From the NCBI GenBank assembly GCA_050015395.1, contig JBEKBM010000016.1, forward strand, positions 11,510 through 75,509: a DNA stretch of 64,000 bases, read 5' to 3'. Position numbers and translations under genes: made by a program. The first letter of the stretch is position 1; each line of letters opens with the position of its first letter. Shown in pieces: positions 1-10,852 of the stretch. The notes under the pieces were generated by a model, which was not told the origin of the DNA, did not search any database, and was given only the letters and a program-made list of their open reading frames with translations. This DNA comes from Candidatus Bathyarchaeia archaeon (GTDB taxonomy: Archaea; Thermoproteota; Bathyarchaeia; Bathyarchaeales; Bathycorpusculaceae).

Positions 1-452
1 GGCGGACACCCAGGAATGAAAAAGTCAACCTTAACAGCTTCGTGAAGTGGAAGAGCCTTAATCAAAAGTTTAGGCACATCCGTTGGGATTGCAGCGTTCA
101 AATCAGACTTTTCCTTGTATGCTCGTTCCAGCACTGCTTGATCACTGTGACGCCATGAATTTCTCAATGCGGTAACGTTTCCTGTTACGGCGCAATCACC
201 AAGTGAAATCAAAACTTTTGTTCGAGCTCTTACCTTCTGGAGCATGTGCAGTTGCTCTTCGTTTGCTATTGCGCCTTCGATGAGTGTTACGTCAACGTTT
301 TCTGGAAATTCCTTTACGTCAGCGATTGGGCTGTAAACTAACTGTATTTTCTGGGCTAAATCAATAAGTCGCTCATCTTGATCTAGGAATGACATGTGGC
401 AACCTGAGCAGCCGCTAAGCCAAACGGTGGCGACTCTAACTTTTCCGGTCAT
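1..452 (-). CDS. hoxY: NiFe hydrogenase small subunit (HoxY-type), 3' end outside window
   Basis: Manual translation from ATG at 452: [29 protein letters not shown]; ATGA overlap with hoxU stop; ...PGCPP at the window edge. Confidence 0.9.
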   Translation of the reverse strand, partial: MTGKVRVATVWLSGCSGCHMSFLDQDERLIDLAQKIQLVYSPIADVKEFPENVDVTLIEGAIANEEQLHMLQKVRARTKVLISLGDCAVTGNVTALRNSWRHSDQAVLERAYKEKSDLNAAIPTDVPKLLIKALPLHEAVKVDFFIPGCP

Positions 453-1156
453 TTGCGGTTCCTCCTTTCCAAGATAAACTCGGCAATATCTTTACGCTTG
501 GTGTGTTCGATGGGTTCTGCTTCAATGTAGATTGCTCCTACAGGGCAAACTTTTGCGCATTTGCGGCATGAAGTGCATGAGCAAGAATTAGCCCAAGGTT
601 CATCAAGATCCATGATTACCTGAGAGTCTTTACCTCGTAGCTTAAGGTCAAGCGTGTGAACGCCTTCAATTTGATCACAGACACGAATGCATCGAGTACA
701 CAAAATGCATCTGTTGCGGTCAATAACTAAGAAGTCATGAGTTAAATCAATTTGATCATTGCTCCAGTTTCGTTCAAACATGACATGGTCAACGCCAAGC
801 TGGTTTGCCAATGCTTGCAGTTCACAGTGGTCGTTAGCTACACAGACTGAGCAGATGTGAGTTCGCTCAGCAAGAAGCATTTGCACAACCATCTTGCGGT
901 GATCTTTAAGCCTGTCTGAACTGGTTGTAATTTCCATTCCTGGTCCTACTGGTGTTGTGCAAGCAGGGAAGAGCTTTGGTGAACCGCTAATTTCAACTAG
1001 GCAGAGGCGGCAGCCGCCATACGCAGTTAAACCTTCTAGGTTGCATAATGTGGGAATTATGATGCCGTTATCTTTAGAAGCTTTCAGAATGGTGGTGCCT
1101 TCAGGAACTGAAACTTCAACGCCGTCAATTTTGAGGTTAACACTTGAAACAATCAT
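449..1156 (-). CDS. hoxU: Bidirectional hydrogenase diaphorase subunit HoxU (NuoG-like Fe-S)
   Basis: [14 protein letters not shown] 2Fe-2S motif, HxCxxCxxxxxC, two 4Fe-4S motifs. Confidence 0.9.
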   Translation of the reverse strand: MIVSSVNLKIDGVEVSVPEGTTILKASKDNGIIIPTLCNLEGLTAYGGCRLCLVEISGSPKLFPACTTPVGPGMEITTSSDRLKDHRKMVVQMLLAERTHICSVCVANDHCELQALANQLGVDHVMFERNWSNDQIDLTHDFLVIDRNRCILCTRCIRVCDQIEGVHTLDLKLRGKDSQVIMDLDEPWANSCSCTSCRKCAKVCPVGAIYIEAEPIEHTKRKDIAEFILERRNRK

Positions 1157-1158
1157 GT

Positions 1159-2820
1159 TTATTCTTCCTCCTTAGCCTTCTTGAAGCATTTACCCGCTTC
1201 ACACTTCTTTTCAACGATATGTTTGATGTATTCATCTCTGAAGTATCGAAGAGTAGTTATAACTGGATTAGGAGCTGTTTGTCCAAGACCACAAAGGCTT
1301 GCATCTCGTATGAAAACACCAGATTTCTCAAGAGTGGCAATGTCTTCCATTTTGCCGTTCCCGGTAGTAATTTGGTCATATATTTCTTTAACTCGGGCTA
1401 AGCCTGCTCTGCAGGGAGTACATTTGCCGCATGATTCGTCTACACAGAATTCGGTGAAGAACCTTGCAGTATCAACCATACAGGATTCATCGTCAAGTAC
1501 TACAATACCGCCTGAACCCATAATTGCTCCAACTTTTGTTAATGACTCATAGTCGATTGGAGACTCAAGTAATGTTTCAGGTAGACAACCGCCTGAAGGA
1601 CCTCCTACAAGGACAGCTTTGAATTTTTTTCCGTCAGAAACGCCACCGCCGATGTCGAATACCACTTCTCTAAGCGTGATTCCCATAGGCACCTCAATTA
1701 AGCCTGGATTGTTAACTTTCCCAGTTAATGAGAAGCATTTGGTTCCACTGCATCTTGGCGTGCCAATCTTTGAGAACCATAAGCCACCGTTTTGTATGAT
1801 TAGCGGTATGTTGGCTAAGGTTTCAACGTTCTGTATAAGCGTTGGTTTCTGCCATAAACCAGAGTTTGCTGGATATGGTGGACGTGGACGAGGCATCGCT
1901 CTGCGACCTTCAACTGAGGCAAGAATAGCTGTTTCTTCTCCAGCTACGAATGCGCCTGCGCCGAACCGTAGTTCAAGGTCAAACTTGAATTGAGTCTCCA
2001 AAATATTATCACCCAGCAATGACATTGCTTTTGCTTGAGCTATAGCTTTCACTAACGTTTGAATAGCTAATGGATACTCGGACCTAATGTAAATGTAACC
2101 TTTTTCTGCTCCAACAGCATAAGCGGCAATAAGCATGCCTTCGATAATAGCGTGCGGATCAGCTTCAGCTAAGGTTCTGTTTGCGAAGACACCTGGGTCT
2201 CCTTCGTCTAAGTTGGCAACTATGTATTTTGGAGAGTTGTGTGACCTTGATACAAGAGTCCATTTTTGCCCAGTTGGGAAACCTGCGCCGCCTCGACCTC
2301 TAAGACCGCTGGTTGTAACTTCGTATATTACGCCTTGCGGCGTCATTGTTGCGAGACATTTAGCTAGGGCAGAGTAGCCGCCTGCAGAAATGTAGTCTTG
2401 AATTCTTGAAGGGTCAATTTTTCCAGCATTGCGCAAGACAAGTCGATGTTGCTTTTTGAAGTAAGCTTCATTTTTGTATAGCATTTCTTTAACTGGTAAA
2501 CCAAGAACTATGTGGTCACGGACTATTTCTCTTACTGTTTCCGGAGTAACGGCTTGGTAAAGGTAGTCTCCCGGTTCAATTAGCACTGCTGGACCGACAG
2601 AGCATGTGCCGATGCAGCCTGTTCTGGCTACTTTGCATTCTTTTTCTACGCCGAATTCTTTTACGGCATCTTCGAATGCTTTCAGTACTTTGAAAGCTCC
2701 GAAGGGAACACATCCGCTTGAACAGCAAACGTTAATGCGGTATTTGTAAGCTTTTTGGAAATCAAGTTCTTGCTCTGTTATTTTTTGAAGATCAGCTAGT
2801 TTCAGCTTTAATTCCTCCAA
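1159..2820 (-). CDS. hoxF: Diaphorase subunit HoxF (NuoF-like, FMN/NAD binding)
   Basis: SGLRGRGGAGFPTG, DEGDPG, GAGAFVAGEETA, ESCGKCTPCR. Confidence 0.92.
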   Translation of the reverse strand: MEELKLKLADLQKITEQELDFQKAYKYRINVCCSSGCVPFGAFKVLKAFEDAVKEFGVEKECKVARTGCIGTCSVGPAVLIEPGDYLYQAVTPETVREIVRDHIVLGLPVKEMLYKNEAYFKKQHRLVLRNAGKIDPSRIQDYISAGGYSALAKCLATMTPQGVIYEVTTSGLRGRGGAGFPTGQKWTLVSRSHNSPKYIVANLDEGDPGVFANRTLAEADPHAIIEGMLIAAYAVGAEKGYIYIRSEYPLAIQTLVKAIAQAKAMSLLGDNILETQFKFDLELRFGAGAFVAGEETAILASVEGRRAMPRPRPPYPANSGLWQKPTLIQNVETLANIPLIIQNGGLWFSKIGTPRCSGTKCFSLTGKVNNPGLIEVPMGITLREVVFDIGGGVSDGKKFKAVLVGGPSGGCLPETLLESPIDYESLTKVGAIMGSGGIVVLDDESCMVDTARFFTEFCVDESCGKCTPCRAGLARVKEIYDQITTGNGKMEDIATLEKSGVFIRDASLCGLGQTAPNPVITTLRYFRDEYIKHIVEKKCEAGKCFKKAKEEE

Positions 2821-3283
2821 GTACGTTTTTTATTTTTTCTATCACTATTTCTTTTGTGGCTTTACCTATAACTTCGTCATCAACCACAATGTTTGGTGCC
2901 ATAGCGCATGCACCGATGCAACGTGTGATAAGCAGGGAAAGTTTTTCGTCGGAAGTTGATCCTCCACGTTTAAGATTAAATTCTTTTTCAACTGCCTCCA
3001 TGATTTGTTCAACTTCTCTCACGTAGCAGGCAGTTCCTAAGCAACCTGTCACTATGTGTTGACCTGGTTTTTTAAGCTTGAAGAAGCTGTAGAAAGTGGT
3101 TACACCGTAAACGTGGCTCGGAGGGATGTTAAGCGACCCAGAAATATCCATAAGCAAATCCTTATCTAAATAACCGTAAATTTCTTGGGCACGATGCAGT
3201 ATTTCTAGAAGAGCACTTTCTTGAAAATTGTGCTCTTTCAAAACTTTTTCCAGCAATAAACGTCTATTATCTTGCTCAACCAA
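2792..3283 (-). CDS. hoxE: HoxE (NuoE-like 2Fe-2S subunit)
   Basis: GVTTFYSFF, CLGTACYV, RCIGACAMAP. Confidence 0.9.
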   Translation of the reverse strand: MVEQDNRRLLLEKVLKEHNFQESALLEILHRAQEIYGYLDKDLLMDISGSLNIPPSHVYGVTTFYSFFKLKKPGQHIVTGCLGTACYVREVEQIMEAVEKEFNLKRGGSTSDEKLSLLITRCIGACAMAPNIVVDDEVIGKATKEIVIEKIKNVLGGIKAETS

Positions 3284-3607
3284 ACTTTGATCCTCCTTTT
3301 AAGTTATGGGAATCATTGGTAATCGGAGGCACTACTGACAGCCCTAGTATAAAAGTGTAGAGGGTCAATTCAAACAAATCTTAACAATAACCAATAAAAC
3401 CAGCTTTTCAACAATGAACCTTTAAATCGTTAGGGATTGGAGAAAGTAGGTGTTTGCTCATTCCTTTTCTGATTTAAGACTAATTTATCGGTCCATTTGC
3501 ACATTTTCAGCAAGAAAATCGCTTACATTAAGCAAATGGAATAGACATAAAGAATGCGCATAATATCAAAAGAAAACTTTACCGATTTGTAAATAGTTAA
3601 GCGGAAG

Positions 3608-4036
3608 CTACCTTGCCTTTGGCTGTTCGTGGGCTTCACTTTTGTTTTCTTCCGAAGCTTGTGCCACCTGTATTTTTTCTGCTGCAACTTTCGGCGAAAT
3701 CTTTGGCCGGAGACATCGACTATCCATATCCATATTTTTGAGGTCTAAAACGCCTTTCACATGTGCCCGTCCACATTCCTCCATAACTTCTGGAGCGGTT
3801 TTTGCAGGCGTAGCAATTATGGCTAAATCAACAGGTTCAGGAATCTGATCGACTGTTTTGTATGTTTTAACTCCTAAAATCTCGGTTCGAATATTCACGA
3901 AGTAAACTTTGCCAACATAACCCAGTTGAGTAAAATTTTTTGCTATAGCATATCCAACTGAGCCTTCGACTTCACTGGCTCCAATGATGGCTACATTTTG
4001 AGGGTTGAAAATCTTGTCAAGGTTTAATGTAACCAT
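3608..4036 (-). pseudogene. Truncated CoA-binding N-terminus of acyl-CoA ligase/Pat paralog
   Basis: First ~95 aa align with 15190..17856 protein (VAIIGAS, DLAIIATPA, MEECG), then unrelated tail and stop. Confidence 0.75.
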
Positions 4037-4227
4037 TTCTTAATTTAACCTCTGAGTTATTGGGTCGTGTAACGGCATAAATAAGTTTGTTGTGTCTTCG
4101 TTTTTCTTTGACGAAATTCAATATTCTAAAAAGCAAAACTAATGCTTAAAGATTACATAGTTCGGATAACTTGACATTTGTGGACCGTTTTCATTTCTTT
4201 AAGTGTTAAGGTCTAGCAGAACTTCCT

Positions 4228-5211
4228 TTATTGTTCCGTCATCTTTCTTCTGAGGATTGATGACGGTAACGAGTACATGTAGAACGTTCCGATTGGATCT
4301 TTGATTTGGCTTATTAGATTCTCAACGTCTTCCTCAGAGTGATGCTCCTGTTCTCCTTCCAACCCGAGGATAGAGGCTAACGCGCTAAGCATAGCTGCGC
4401 CCTGTTCTATCGAGTTCGGACAAGGCCCGCCGCATCCTGTGCAGGGCATGTCAACGGTCAAGCACTTAGCTTCGCATCCGCCGCGAGTTGCTGGTCCCAT
4501 GCATATTATTCCCTGTTCAAGTAGGCACTTTTCTGGTTCAGGAGTCTTCTCATGAACGCGGTATATCTTCGAGATTCTTTTGTCTTCCTTTTTTCTTTGG
4601 CATTCGTCACACACAGACTTCAATGGTGCAAGCACCGAACCCTTTGGAGGCAGTGCTTTTTTCGCTACGGCTTCAACAGCGTTCACTATTAATTTAACTG
4701 GAGGCGGACAGCCGGGAATGTAGTAGTCCACATCAACAGTCTGATCTAAAGTCTTCACAGTGTCGTAGAATTCTGGAAGCTTCAAAACGCCTTCTTTCGC
4801 TTCAGTCTTGGTTTTGGGAAGCACTCTGCTTGGATTGGAGGTGGATTTGGTTTCCAAGTAGACCTTGTTGAAAATCTCTTTGCGATTATGGAGGTTTGCC
4901 AGTCCTGGTATGCCCCCCTCTTGAGCGCAGGAGCCGAATGCTACAAGCGTCTTGGACTTTCGTCTCAGGAGTTTAGCCATGTGTTCTTGTTCTTCGCTTC
5001 TGACTGAACCGTTGAAGAAGCATATGTCCATGTGTTTATCAGGCATGGCTTCGACGTCTTTGTACTTGACGTCCATGGCTACAGGCCAGAACACTATGTC
5101 CGCCATTTGCACCACATCTAATATTTTCTCGTTTAAGTCCAACACTGCTATGTCGCATCCACCGCAACCTGCAGCCCAGTAGAAGCCCAGTTTCAATTTC
5201 TCTTCATCCAT
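4228..5211 (-). CDS. mvhG: F420-non-reducing hydrogenase small subunit MvhG
   Basis: GFYWAAGCGGCD, FGSCAQEGGIPG, IPGCPP, CLLEQGIICMGPATRGGC; ATG at 5211 preferred. Confidence 0.88.
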   Translation of the reverse strand: MDEEKLKLGFYWAAGCGGCDIAVLDLNEKILDVVQMADIVFWPVAMDVKYKDVEAMPDKHMDICFFNGSVRSEEQEHMAKLLRRKSKTLVAFGSCAQEGGIPGLANLHNRKEIFNKVYLETKSTSNPSRVLPKTKTEAKEGVLKLPEFYDTVKTLDQTVDVDYYIPGCPPPVKLIVNAVEAVAKKALPPKGSVLAPLKSVCDECQRKKEDKRISKIYRVHEKTPEPEKCLLEQGIICMGPATRGGCEAKCLTVDMPCTGCGGPCPNSIEQGAAMLSALASILGLEGEQEHHSEEDVENLISQIKDPIGTFYMYSLPSSILRRKMTEQ

Positions 5212-6115
5212 CTGTTTTTCCGCCTTCACACACTTGCTTTAATATTTTTGAGCAGTCAACTCGCAATTCATTGAAGGATAGTTCATTAGGTGACATTCCC
5301 ATTGCTAGGCCCAGCAATTGAGGATAATGCAGAATTGGAATACCGTAGACTTCATTGAACATCTTTTCAATACGCTGCTGATTCGTGTCGTACATGATGT
5401 GACAGAACGGGCAGATCGTTATCATGGCTTGTGCATCTACTGCTTTGATGTGGGTCAACTTGTCCCTTGCCAACTGCAGGGCAACCTTGTCGCTCACTCC
5501 TACACTCGGGGCGCCACAGCATTCAGTTTCATCCATGTAATCCAGGCATGAGGCACCAGTCGCTTCAATCAGCTTTTTGAGTCCTGTGGGGTTTTCCGGG
5601 TCCTCGAACCCTACAATGTCTTTCGGCCTCAAAATGTGACAGCCGTTGTGCTCCGCAACCTTGACGTTCGATAGAGGTTTGATCACTGAGCGTTTTATTT
5701 TTTCCAGGCCGATATCCTCGATTAGCACTTGTATAAGATGCTTCGGGCTCACTGTCCCCTTGAACTCTAAATTTGCTTCCTTCAAATTACTGTTTATTTC
5801 GTCACGCAGAGACTTATCCTGTTTCAGCATACTTTTGACCTTTTTCAAAGTTCCTGCGCAACCTGGGCACAGTGCCAAAATATCCAAACCTTGCTGCTCT
5901 GCCAAAGACAAATTGCGTGCTGCCAAGATGAGCATTGTTTCATGGCTGACGGGGTCTAATGGAAGACCGCAGCAATTGAACTCTGGCATCTCGATAAGTT
6001 CAACGCCTAGTTTTCCTAGAATTTTCCGAGCCGAAATCTCATACGCGGATACGCGATAGGGAATTGCGCATCCAAGAAACAGGAGATACCTATGTTCGCC
6101 CATCTTACTCACCAT
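5204..6115 (-). CDS. hdrB: Heterodisulfide reductase subunit B
   Basis: Two CCG domains (FNCCG, ECCG), CPGC, CPFC, LHYPQLLGLA. Confidence 0.92.
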   Translation of the reverse strand: MVSKMGEHRYLLFLGCAIPYRVSAYEISARKILGKLGVELIEMPEFNCCGLPLDPVSHETMLILAARNLSLAEQQGLDILALCPGCAGTLKKVKSMLKQDKSLRDEINSNLKEANLEFKGTVSPKHLIQVLIEDIGLEKIKRSVIKPLSNVKVAEHNGCHILRPKDIVGFEDPENPTGLKKLIEATGASCLDYMDETECCGAPSVGVSDKVALQLARDKLTHIKAVDAQAMITICPFCHIMYDTNQQRIEKMFNEVYGIPILHYPQLLGLAMGMSPNELSFNELRVDCSKILKQVCEGGKTDG

Positions 6116-6620
6116 TCTTCTCGACGAGTTTCAGAAAGTGCACCCTTTGCAGAGTCTTCCTGATGCTTTCAGGATTGCCTTTAGGCAAAGGAGGAAGCCC
6201 CAGAATCTCGCGTTTCTTCTGCCTCAACTCCGGAATTTTGTATGCATAACCAGATTCCAGAACGCTTGCGCATTGGTCCTTGAATACCTGAGGCATGCAA
6301 CCCTCTTGAGCCGCAAGATTTCTCAAGACACGAATGACACTTGCTACTTCAACGTCCTGAGGGCATCGGTCTGAGCACGTGAAGCATGCCGCGCAGAGCC
6401 ATAAGGTGTCACTATGCAATACTCTTTCTCTTAGGCCAAGCTGGGTCATTCGAATTATCTGTCTGGGTCTGTAAGTGTCACTGAACCTTGCGATGGGGCA
6501 ATCTGACGTGCATGTTCCACATTGGAAACAGCGCATCAGCTTTTCACCACCCTGTATCTTTGAGATTTCATGTTTGAATTTAGGGTCAATTTCCGACTGT
6601 TTTATCGTTTCTGTTGTCAA
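6105..6620 (-). CDS. hdrC: Heterodisulfide reductase subunit C
   Basis: [12 protein letters not shown] and [14 protein letters not shown]. Confidence 0.92.
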   Translation of the reverse strand: MTTETIKQSEIDPKFKHEISKIQGGEKLMRCFQCGTCTSDCPIARFSDTYRPRQIIRMTQLGLRERVLHSDTLWLCAACFTCSDRCPQDVEVASVIRVLRNLAAQEGCMPQVFKDQCASVLESGYAYKIPELRQKKREILGLPPLPKGNPESIRKTLQRVHFLKLVEKNGE

Positions 6621-7054
6621 GTTTTTACCTCCTTAATCGTTAACGGGTTTGGTCCCAATTCCTTGATCTCTCTTACCATGTCACGGACTACGGCTGCGAA
6701 TTTGTCTCCTTCGCTTGCGGAGATCCACTCCAACCTGACGCGTTTATTCTCGATACCGAACTCTTGTAGGACTTTTTTCAGAAGGGTTATCCTCCGTTTA
6801 GCTTTGAAATTTCCGTTGATGTAGTGGCAGTCTGAGGGCAAATGGCAACCTGCAATGAGCACGCCGTCGGCACCATCTTTGAAAGCTTTTAGGATAAAGG
6901 CTGGGTCAATTCTGCCACTGCACATTACTCGAATAATTATAATGTTCGGCGGATACTGGATCCTACTCACACCGGCTAGATCCGCGCCTGCATAGCTACA
7001 CCAGTTGCAGAGAAAACCGATTATCTTGGGTTCAAAACCGTCGAAGGCAGTCAT
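6617..7054 (-). CDS. mvhD: MvhD 2Fe-2S subunit
   Basis: [34 protein letters not shown]. Confidence 0.93.
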   Translation of the reverse strand: MTAFDGFEPKIIGFLCNWCSYAGADLAGVSRIQYPPNIIIIRVMCSGRIDPAFILKAFKDGADGVLIAGCHLPSDCHYINGNFKAKRRITLLKKVLQEFGIENKRVRLEWISASEGDKFAAVVRDMVREIKELGPNPLTIKEVKT

Positions 7055-10000
7055 CGGTCTTCCTCCAGCAATGCAGCGTCAATCTGTGCAAGAATTTCTT
7101 CGTTCGTGAAGTGCCCTAATGTAATGGCTTTGGTTGGACAGGCTGTGCCGCAGGAACCACACCCTTTGCATAATGCTTCTAACACGTGCGCAACGGGCTT
7201 GCCGTTCTTAATTTGAATTTCAACCGCTCCATAGGGGCACAGATGCTCGCAAACTCTGCAGCCACTGCATAAATCTTCGACCACACTTGCAATGGATCCT
7301 TCCGTCTCAAGTGTTTTCTTCGAAAGCACCGTCGTGGCCCTGGCCGCAGCTGCACATGCCTGAGCAATGCTCTCGTCTAAGTACTTTGGTGAGTGCGCCA
7401 TACCACAGAGGAAGATTCCGTCCGTGGCAAAATCAACGGGTCTGAGCTTCATGTGCGCTTCCAAGAAGAAACCATCCTTTGTTAGGGGCACCTTCAGCAT
7501 CTCTGCCAGGTGCTTGTTTCCGGGATTTGGGACCGTCGCTGCGCTTAAAACCACTAGGTCAGGTTCTAGTTCAACTTCCTGCCTTAAGACTGGTTCCCAG
7601 AAGACAGTCCTGAGCTTTCCGTTGTCTATTGTGATGCGTGGTTTTCTTTCCTCGTCGAAACTTATGAAAAGAGTGCCTTTCGCCGCCGACTCGCGGTAGA
7701 AGTCTTCTTTAAAACCGTAAGTTCTCATGTCCTTGTAAAGAATGTAGACCTCCGCTTCCGGGTCTGTTTCTTTGATTTTGAGAGCGTTTTTTGTGGCTTG
7801 TCCGCAGCATATTCGTGCGCAATTCGGTTTTTCCTTGTTTCTTGCTCCAACGCACTGGATCATCACTACGCTTTTGGCCTTGAATTGACCTTTGGCGAGG
7901 GTTTTTTCCAGTTCGTGCTGCGTTATTATCCTCGGGTCTTCACCGTAGAGGTATTCTGTAGGCGTGTATTCCATGGCCCCTGTGGCTACGATAATTATTC
8001 CGTGTTCAAGTTCCTTCAGCATGTTTGGCTGCTTTATCTTGGACTTGAAGTTGCCTACGAACCCGTAGACGTCTAAGACCTCTGCCTCTGTGTAAATGTG
8101 AATGTTTTCGTTTTTCTTAACCTGCTCGATCAGGGCGTGGAGTTTCTTTTGGGGATCAGTCTTCTCCCCCAGCAGGTAATAGATGTTGCGCAGGTGACCG
8201 CCCAACTCCGGCTCCTTCTCGACAAGGTGTACTTCAAACCCTTGCTTGGCGAGCTCTAAGGCTGCAGTCATTCCTGAAACCCCGCCGCCTATGACTAAGC
8301 CAACTTGAGTGACGTTTATGAGTGGCTTCTTCAAAGGTTTCAAAAGCTTGGCCTTAGCGGTAATCGAACGCACGAGGTCCTTGGCTTTCTTGGTTGCTTC
8401 TTTCGGTTGGTGCATGTGGACCCAGCTGCATTGGTCGCGGATGTTCGTCATTTCAAACAAGTACGGATTCAATCCAGCTTCCTGCACCGTTTCCTTGAAT
8501 AGTGGCTCATGGGTTCGCGGAGTGCACGACGCCACAACCACACGGTTAAGCTTGTTCTGCACAATCTTTTCTTTGATGAGTTTCTGTGTGTCCTGCGAAC
8601 ATGTGTAAACGTTCGCTTCTGCATAAACAACATTGGGCAAAGTCTTGGCGTACTCCACAACCTCGGGAACATTCACCACTCCGTCAATGTTGATCCCGCA
8701 GTGGCAAATGAAGACGCCGATTCGAGGTGGCTCTTGAAGGACATCTCTTTCCGGTGGGTAGCTTCGCGCTGTAACTTGAGTTCCTCTGGCGCTAGCTATT
8801 ATGCTCATAGCTTTGGCTGCAGCTCCGCTTGCTTGCGCTACGCTCTCTGGGATGTCTTTAGGCGCGGAAAAAGCTCCGCAAACGAATATGCCTGGTTTTG
8901 ACGTGCTCATCGGGGCGAACGTTTGAGTTTCGCAAAAATTATATTGGTTAAGCTCAATTCCCAGAACGTCTGCGAGTTTTTCTATATTTTTCGGAGGCAG
9001 CATACCTATGGACAGGACTACCATGTCGAACTCTTCGTTCACGGGCGTTTCATCTTTGACGTAGTGAACAAAAAGATTACCAGTGGCTGGGTCCTCGGTG
9101 ACTGAACCCACGCGTGAACGCATAAATCTTATGCCATACTCTTCTTCAGCACGGTTGCGATATTCGTCAAATTCCTTTCCATACGAACGCATGTCCATGT
9201 AAAAAATTGATGCCGCGAGCGGCGTGGGCGTGTGCTCCTTTGCTATCACCGCTTCTTTGATCCCATACATGCAACAAGCTGCAGAACAATATTTGTTTCC
9301 AACCTTATAATCCCTTGAACCCACACACTGAACGAACGCAACTCTTTTCGGTATTTCACCGTCTGAGGGCCGCAAGACAAGCCCGCCGTAAGGTCCAGAA
9401 GCACTCAATATACGTTCGAATTCGATGCTGTTAACCACGTTTGGGTAGCGTCCGTACCCATATTCAGTTTTGAGCCTTGCATCGAAAGGTTCGAAGCCCG
9501 GCGCGAGTATTATTGAGCCAACCCTCAGTTTGACTTGGCTGTCTTTCTGGTCATACTGAATTGCACCAGCCTTACAGACTTCCTCGCAAGTTCCGCATCC
9601 GATGCATTTTTCGCGGTCGATCAGGTACTTCAGCGGTACAGCCTGCGGATATTCAACGTAAACCGCGCCTTTCTGTCCGAGCCCTTCATTGAAAGAATCA
9701 ACCGCTTCAATAGGACACTTCTGGGCGCACAGACCGCATCCGTTACACTTTTCCTCGATTATGAAACGGCTCTTTCGTTGAAGCCCAACTTCAAAGTTCC
9801 CGGCTTGGCCACTCAAATTCGCTATCTCAGCGTTCGTCAGGATTGTGATGTTTGGGTGTCTTCCGGTAGCCACAAGCTTGGGCGAAAGAATACACATTGA
9901 GCAATCATTTGTAGGAAATGTCTTGTCAAGCTGTGCCATCACACCGCCGATGCTGGGTCCTTTATCTATAAGGTATACCCTGAACCCTGAATCAGCTAGG

Positions 10001-10071
10001 TCAAGTGAAGCCTGAATGCCCGCAACGCCGCCGCCAACAACCATTACTGCGCCGATTTTCTTGTCAACCAT
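7051..10071 (-). CDS. hdrA: Long HdrA-like flavoprotein (two FAD domains, 1006 aa)
   Basis: [43 protein letters not shown], ferredoxin motifs. Confidence 0.9.
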   Translation of the reverse strand: MVDKKIGAVMVVGGGVAGIQASLDLADSGFRVYLIDKGPSIGGVMAQLDKTFPTNDCSMCILSPKLVATGRHPNITILTNAEIANLSGQAGNFEVGLQRKSRFIIEEKCNGCGLCAQKCPIEAVDSFNEGLGQKGAVYVEYPQAVPLKYLIDREKCIGCGTCEEVCKAGAIQYDQKDSQVKLRVGSIILAPGFEPFDARLKTEYGYGRYPNVVNSIEFERILSASGPYGGLVLRPSDGEIPKRVAFVQCVGSRDYKVGNKYCSAACCMYGIKEAVIAKEHTPTPLAASIFYMDMRSYGKEFDEYRNRAEEEYGIRFMRSRVGSVTEDPATGNLFVHYVKDETPVNEEFDMVVLSIGMLPPKNIEKLADVLGIELNQYNFCETQTFAPMSTSKPGIFVCGAFSAPKDIPESVAQASGAAAKAMSIIASARGTQVTARSYPPERDVLQEPPRIGVFICHCGINIDGVVNVPEVVEYAKTLPNVVYAEANVYTCSQDTQKLIKEKIVQNKLNRVVVASCTPRTHEPLFKETVQEAGLNPYLFEMTNIRDQCSWVHMHQPKEATKKAKDLVRSITAKAKLLKPLKKPLINVTQVGLVIGGGVSGMTAALELAKQGFEVHLVEKEPELGGHLRNIYYLLGEKTDPQKKLHALIEQVKKNENIHIYTEAEVLDVYGFVGNFKSKIKQPNMLKELEHGIIIVATGAMEYTPTEYLYGEDPRIITQHELEKTLAKGQFKAKSVVMIQCVGARNKEKPNCARICCGQATKNALKIKETDPEAEVYILYKDMRTYGFKEDFYRESAAKGTLFISFDEERKPRITIDNGKLRTVFWEPVLRQEVELEPDLVVLSAATVPNPGNKHLAEMLKVPLTKDGFFLEAHMKLRPVDFATDGIFLCGMAHSPKYLDESIAQACAAAARATTVLSKKTLETEGSIASVVEDLCSGCRVCEHLCPYGAVEIQIKNGKPVAHVLEALCKGCGSCGTACPTKAITLGHFTNEEILAQIDAALLEEDR

Positions 10072-10077
10072 CTGTTA

Positions 10078-10851
10078 TTAAGCCTCCAAAGCCTTGTAGA
10101 AAGGCGTGGTCCCTTCAATGTGATCAACCGTGATCATGTTTCTTCTCCGCATTGCAACAATATGCTTGAGAACATCGGTCGGCTTCAGTTCGGTGGCCGC
10201 TGCCAGAGCCTTGATCGGCAACGAGTTGTTCCTCGTTAAAACATGAATTTTGTGACGCAGGAATTCGGCTTCAACTGCCTCGTCGAGAAGGTCCTCAAAT
10301 TCCTCTTGAAGGACTCTTTCACCATAGACATTGCTTTTTTCAGTTAACTCCCTTTCCTTGCCAACTAGAACCCTTAGCCTGAAACCTGCAGCAGCGTCTA
10401 TTGCAGCCGCAAGATTCTCAATCATCTTCGGGTCTGGTTTAGTTCCAGATAAGGGAGATTGACCCAGCTTCCTTATTCGTTCCGTAAATTGCGTCACTAC
10501 TTGGGCGAATCTTTGGCCTTCCGATGCTGAAACCCATTCGAGTTCTAACCTTTCTGAACCCAAACCGCTCAGCGCCAACAGTTTTTTGAGCAGTTTAATT
10601 TTTTTCTCTTCATAAAGATTTCCTTCCGAGTAGTGGCAGTCGCCGGGGTGGCATCCTAAGACAAGGACTCCGTCGGCGCCTCGGGCGAAAACTTGTAGAG
10701 GGATCACCGGGTCTATTCGTCCGCTACACATGACTCTTACCACTCGAATGTTAGAGGGATACTGAATTCTGCTTACACCAGCTAGGTCCGCGCCTGCATA
10801 ACTGCACCAGTTACAAAGAAAACCGATTATCTTGGGTTCGAATTCTACTAC
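10078..10851 (-). CDS. mvhD: MvhD-like protein with C-terminal helical/wHTH-like extension; no canonical start codon
   Basis: Frame extends upstream of the called ORF: [48 protein letters not shown]; in-frame TAG at 10864-10866. Confidence 0.8.
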   Translation of the reverse strand, partial: VVEFEPKIIGFLCNWCSYAGADLAGVSRIQYPSNIRVVRVMCSGRIDPVIPLQVFARGADGVLVLGCHPGDCHYSEGNLYEEKKIKLLKKLLALSGLGSERLELEWVSASEGQRFAQVVTQFTERIRKLGQSPLSGTKPDPKMIENLAAAIDAAAGFRLRVLVGKERELTEKSNVYGERVLQEEFEDLLDEAVEAEFLRHKIHVLTRNNSLPIKALAAATELKPTDVLKHIVAMRRRNMITVDHIEGTTPFYKALEA

Positions 10852-10852
10852 T

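Noticed and set aside
4195-4230. Possible mvhA start remnant (KEVLLDLNT) after mvhG
   Set aside because: Too short and lacks the RxEGH motif
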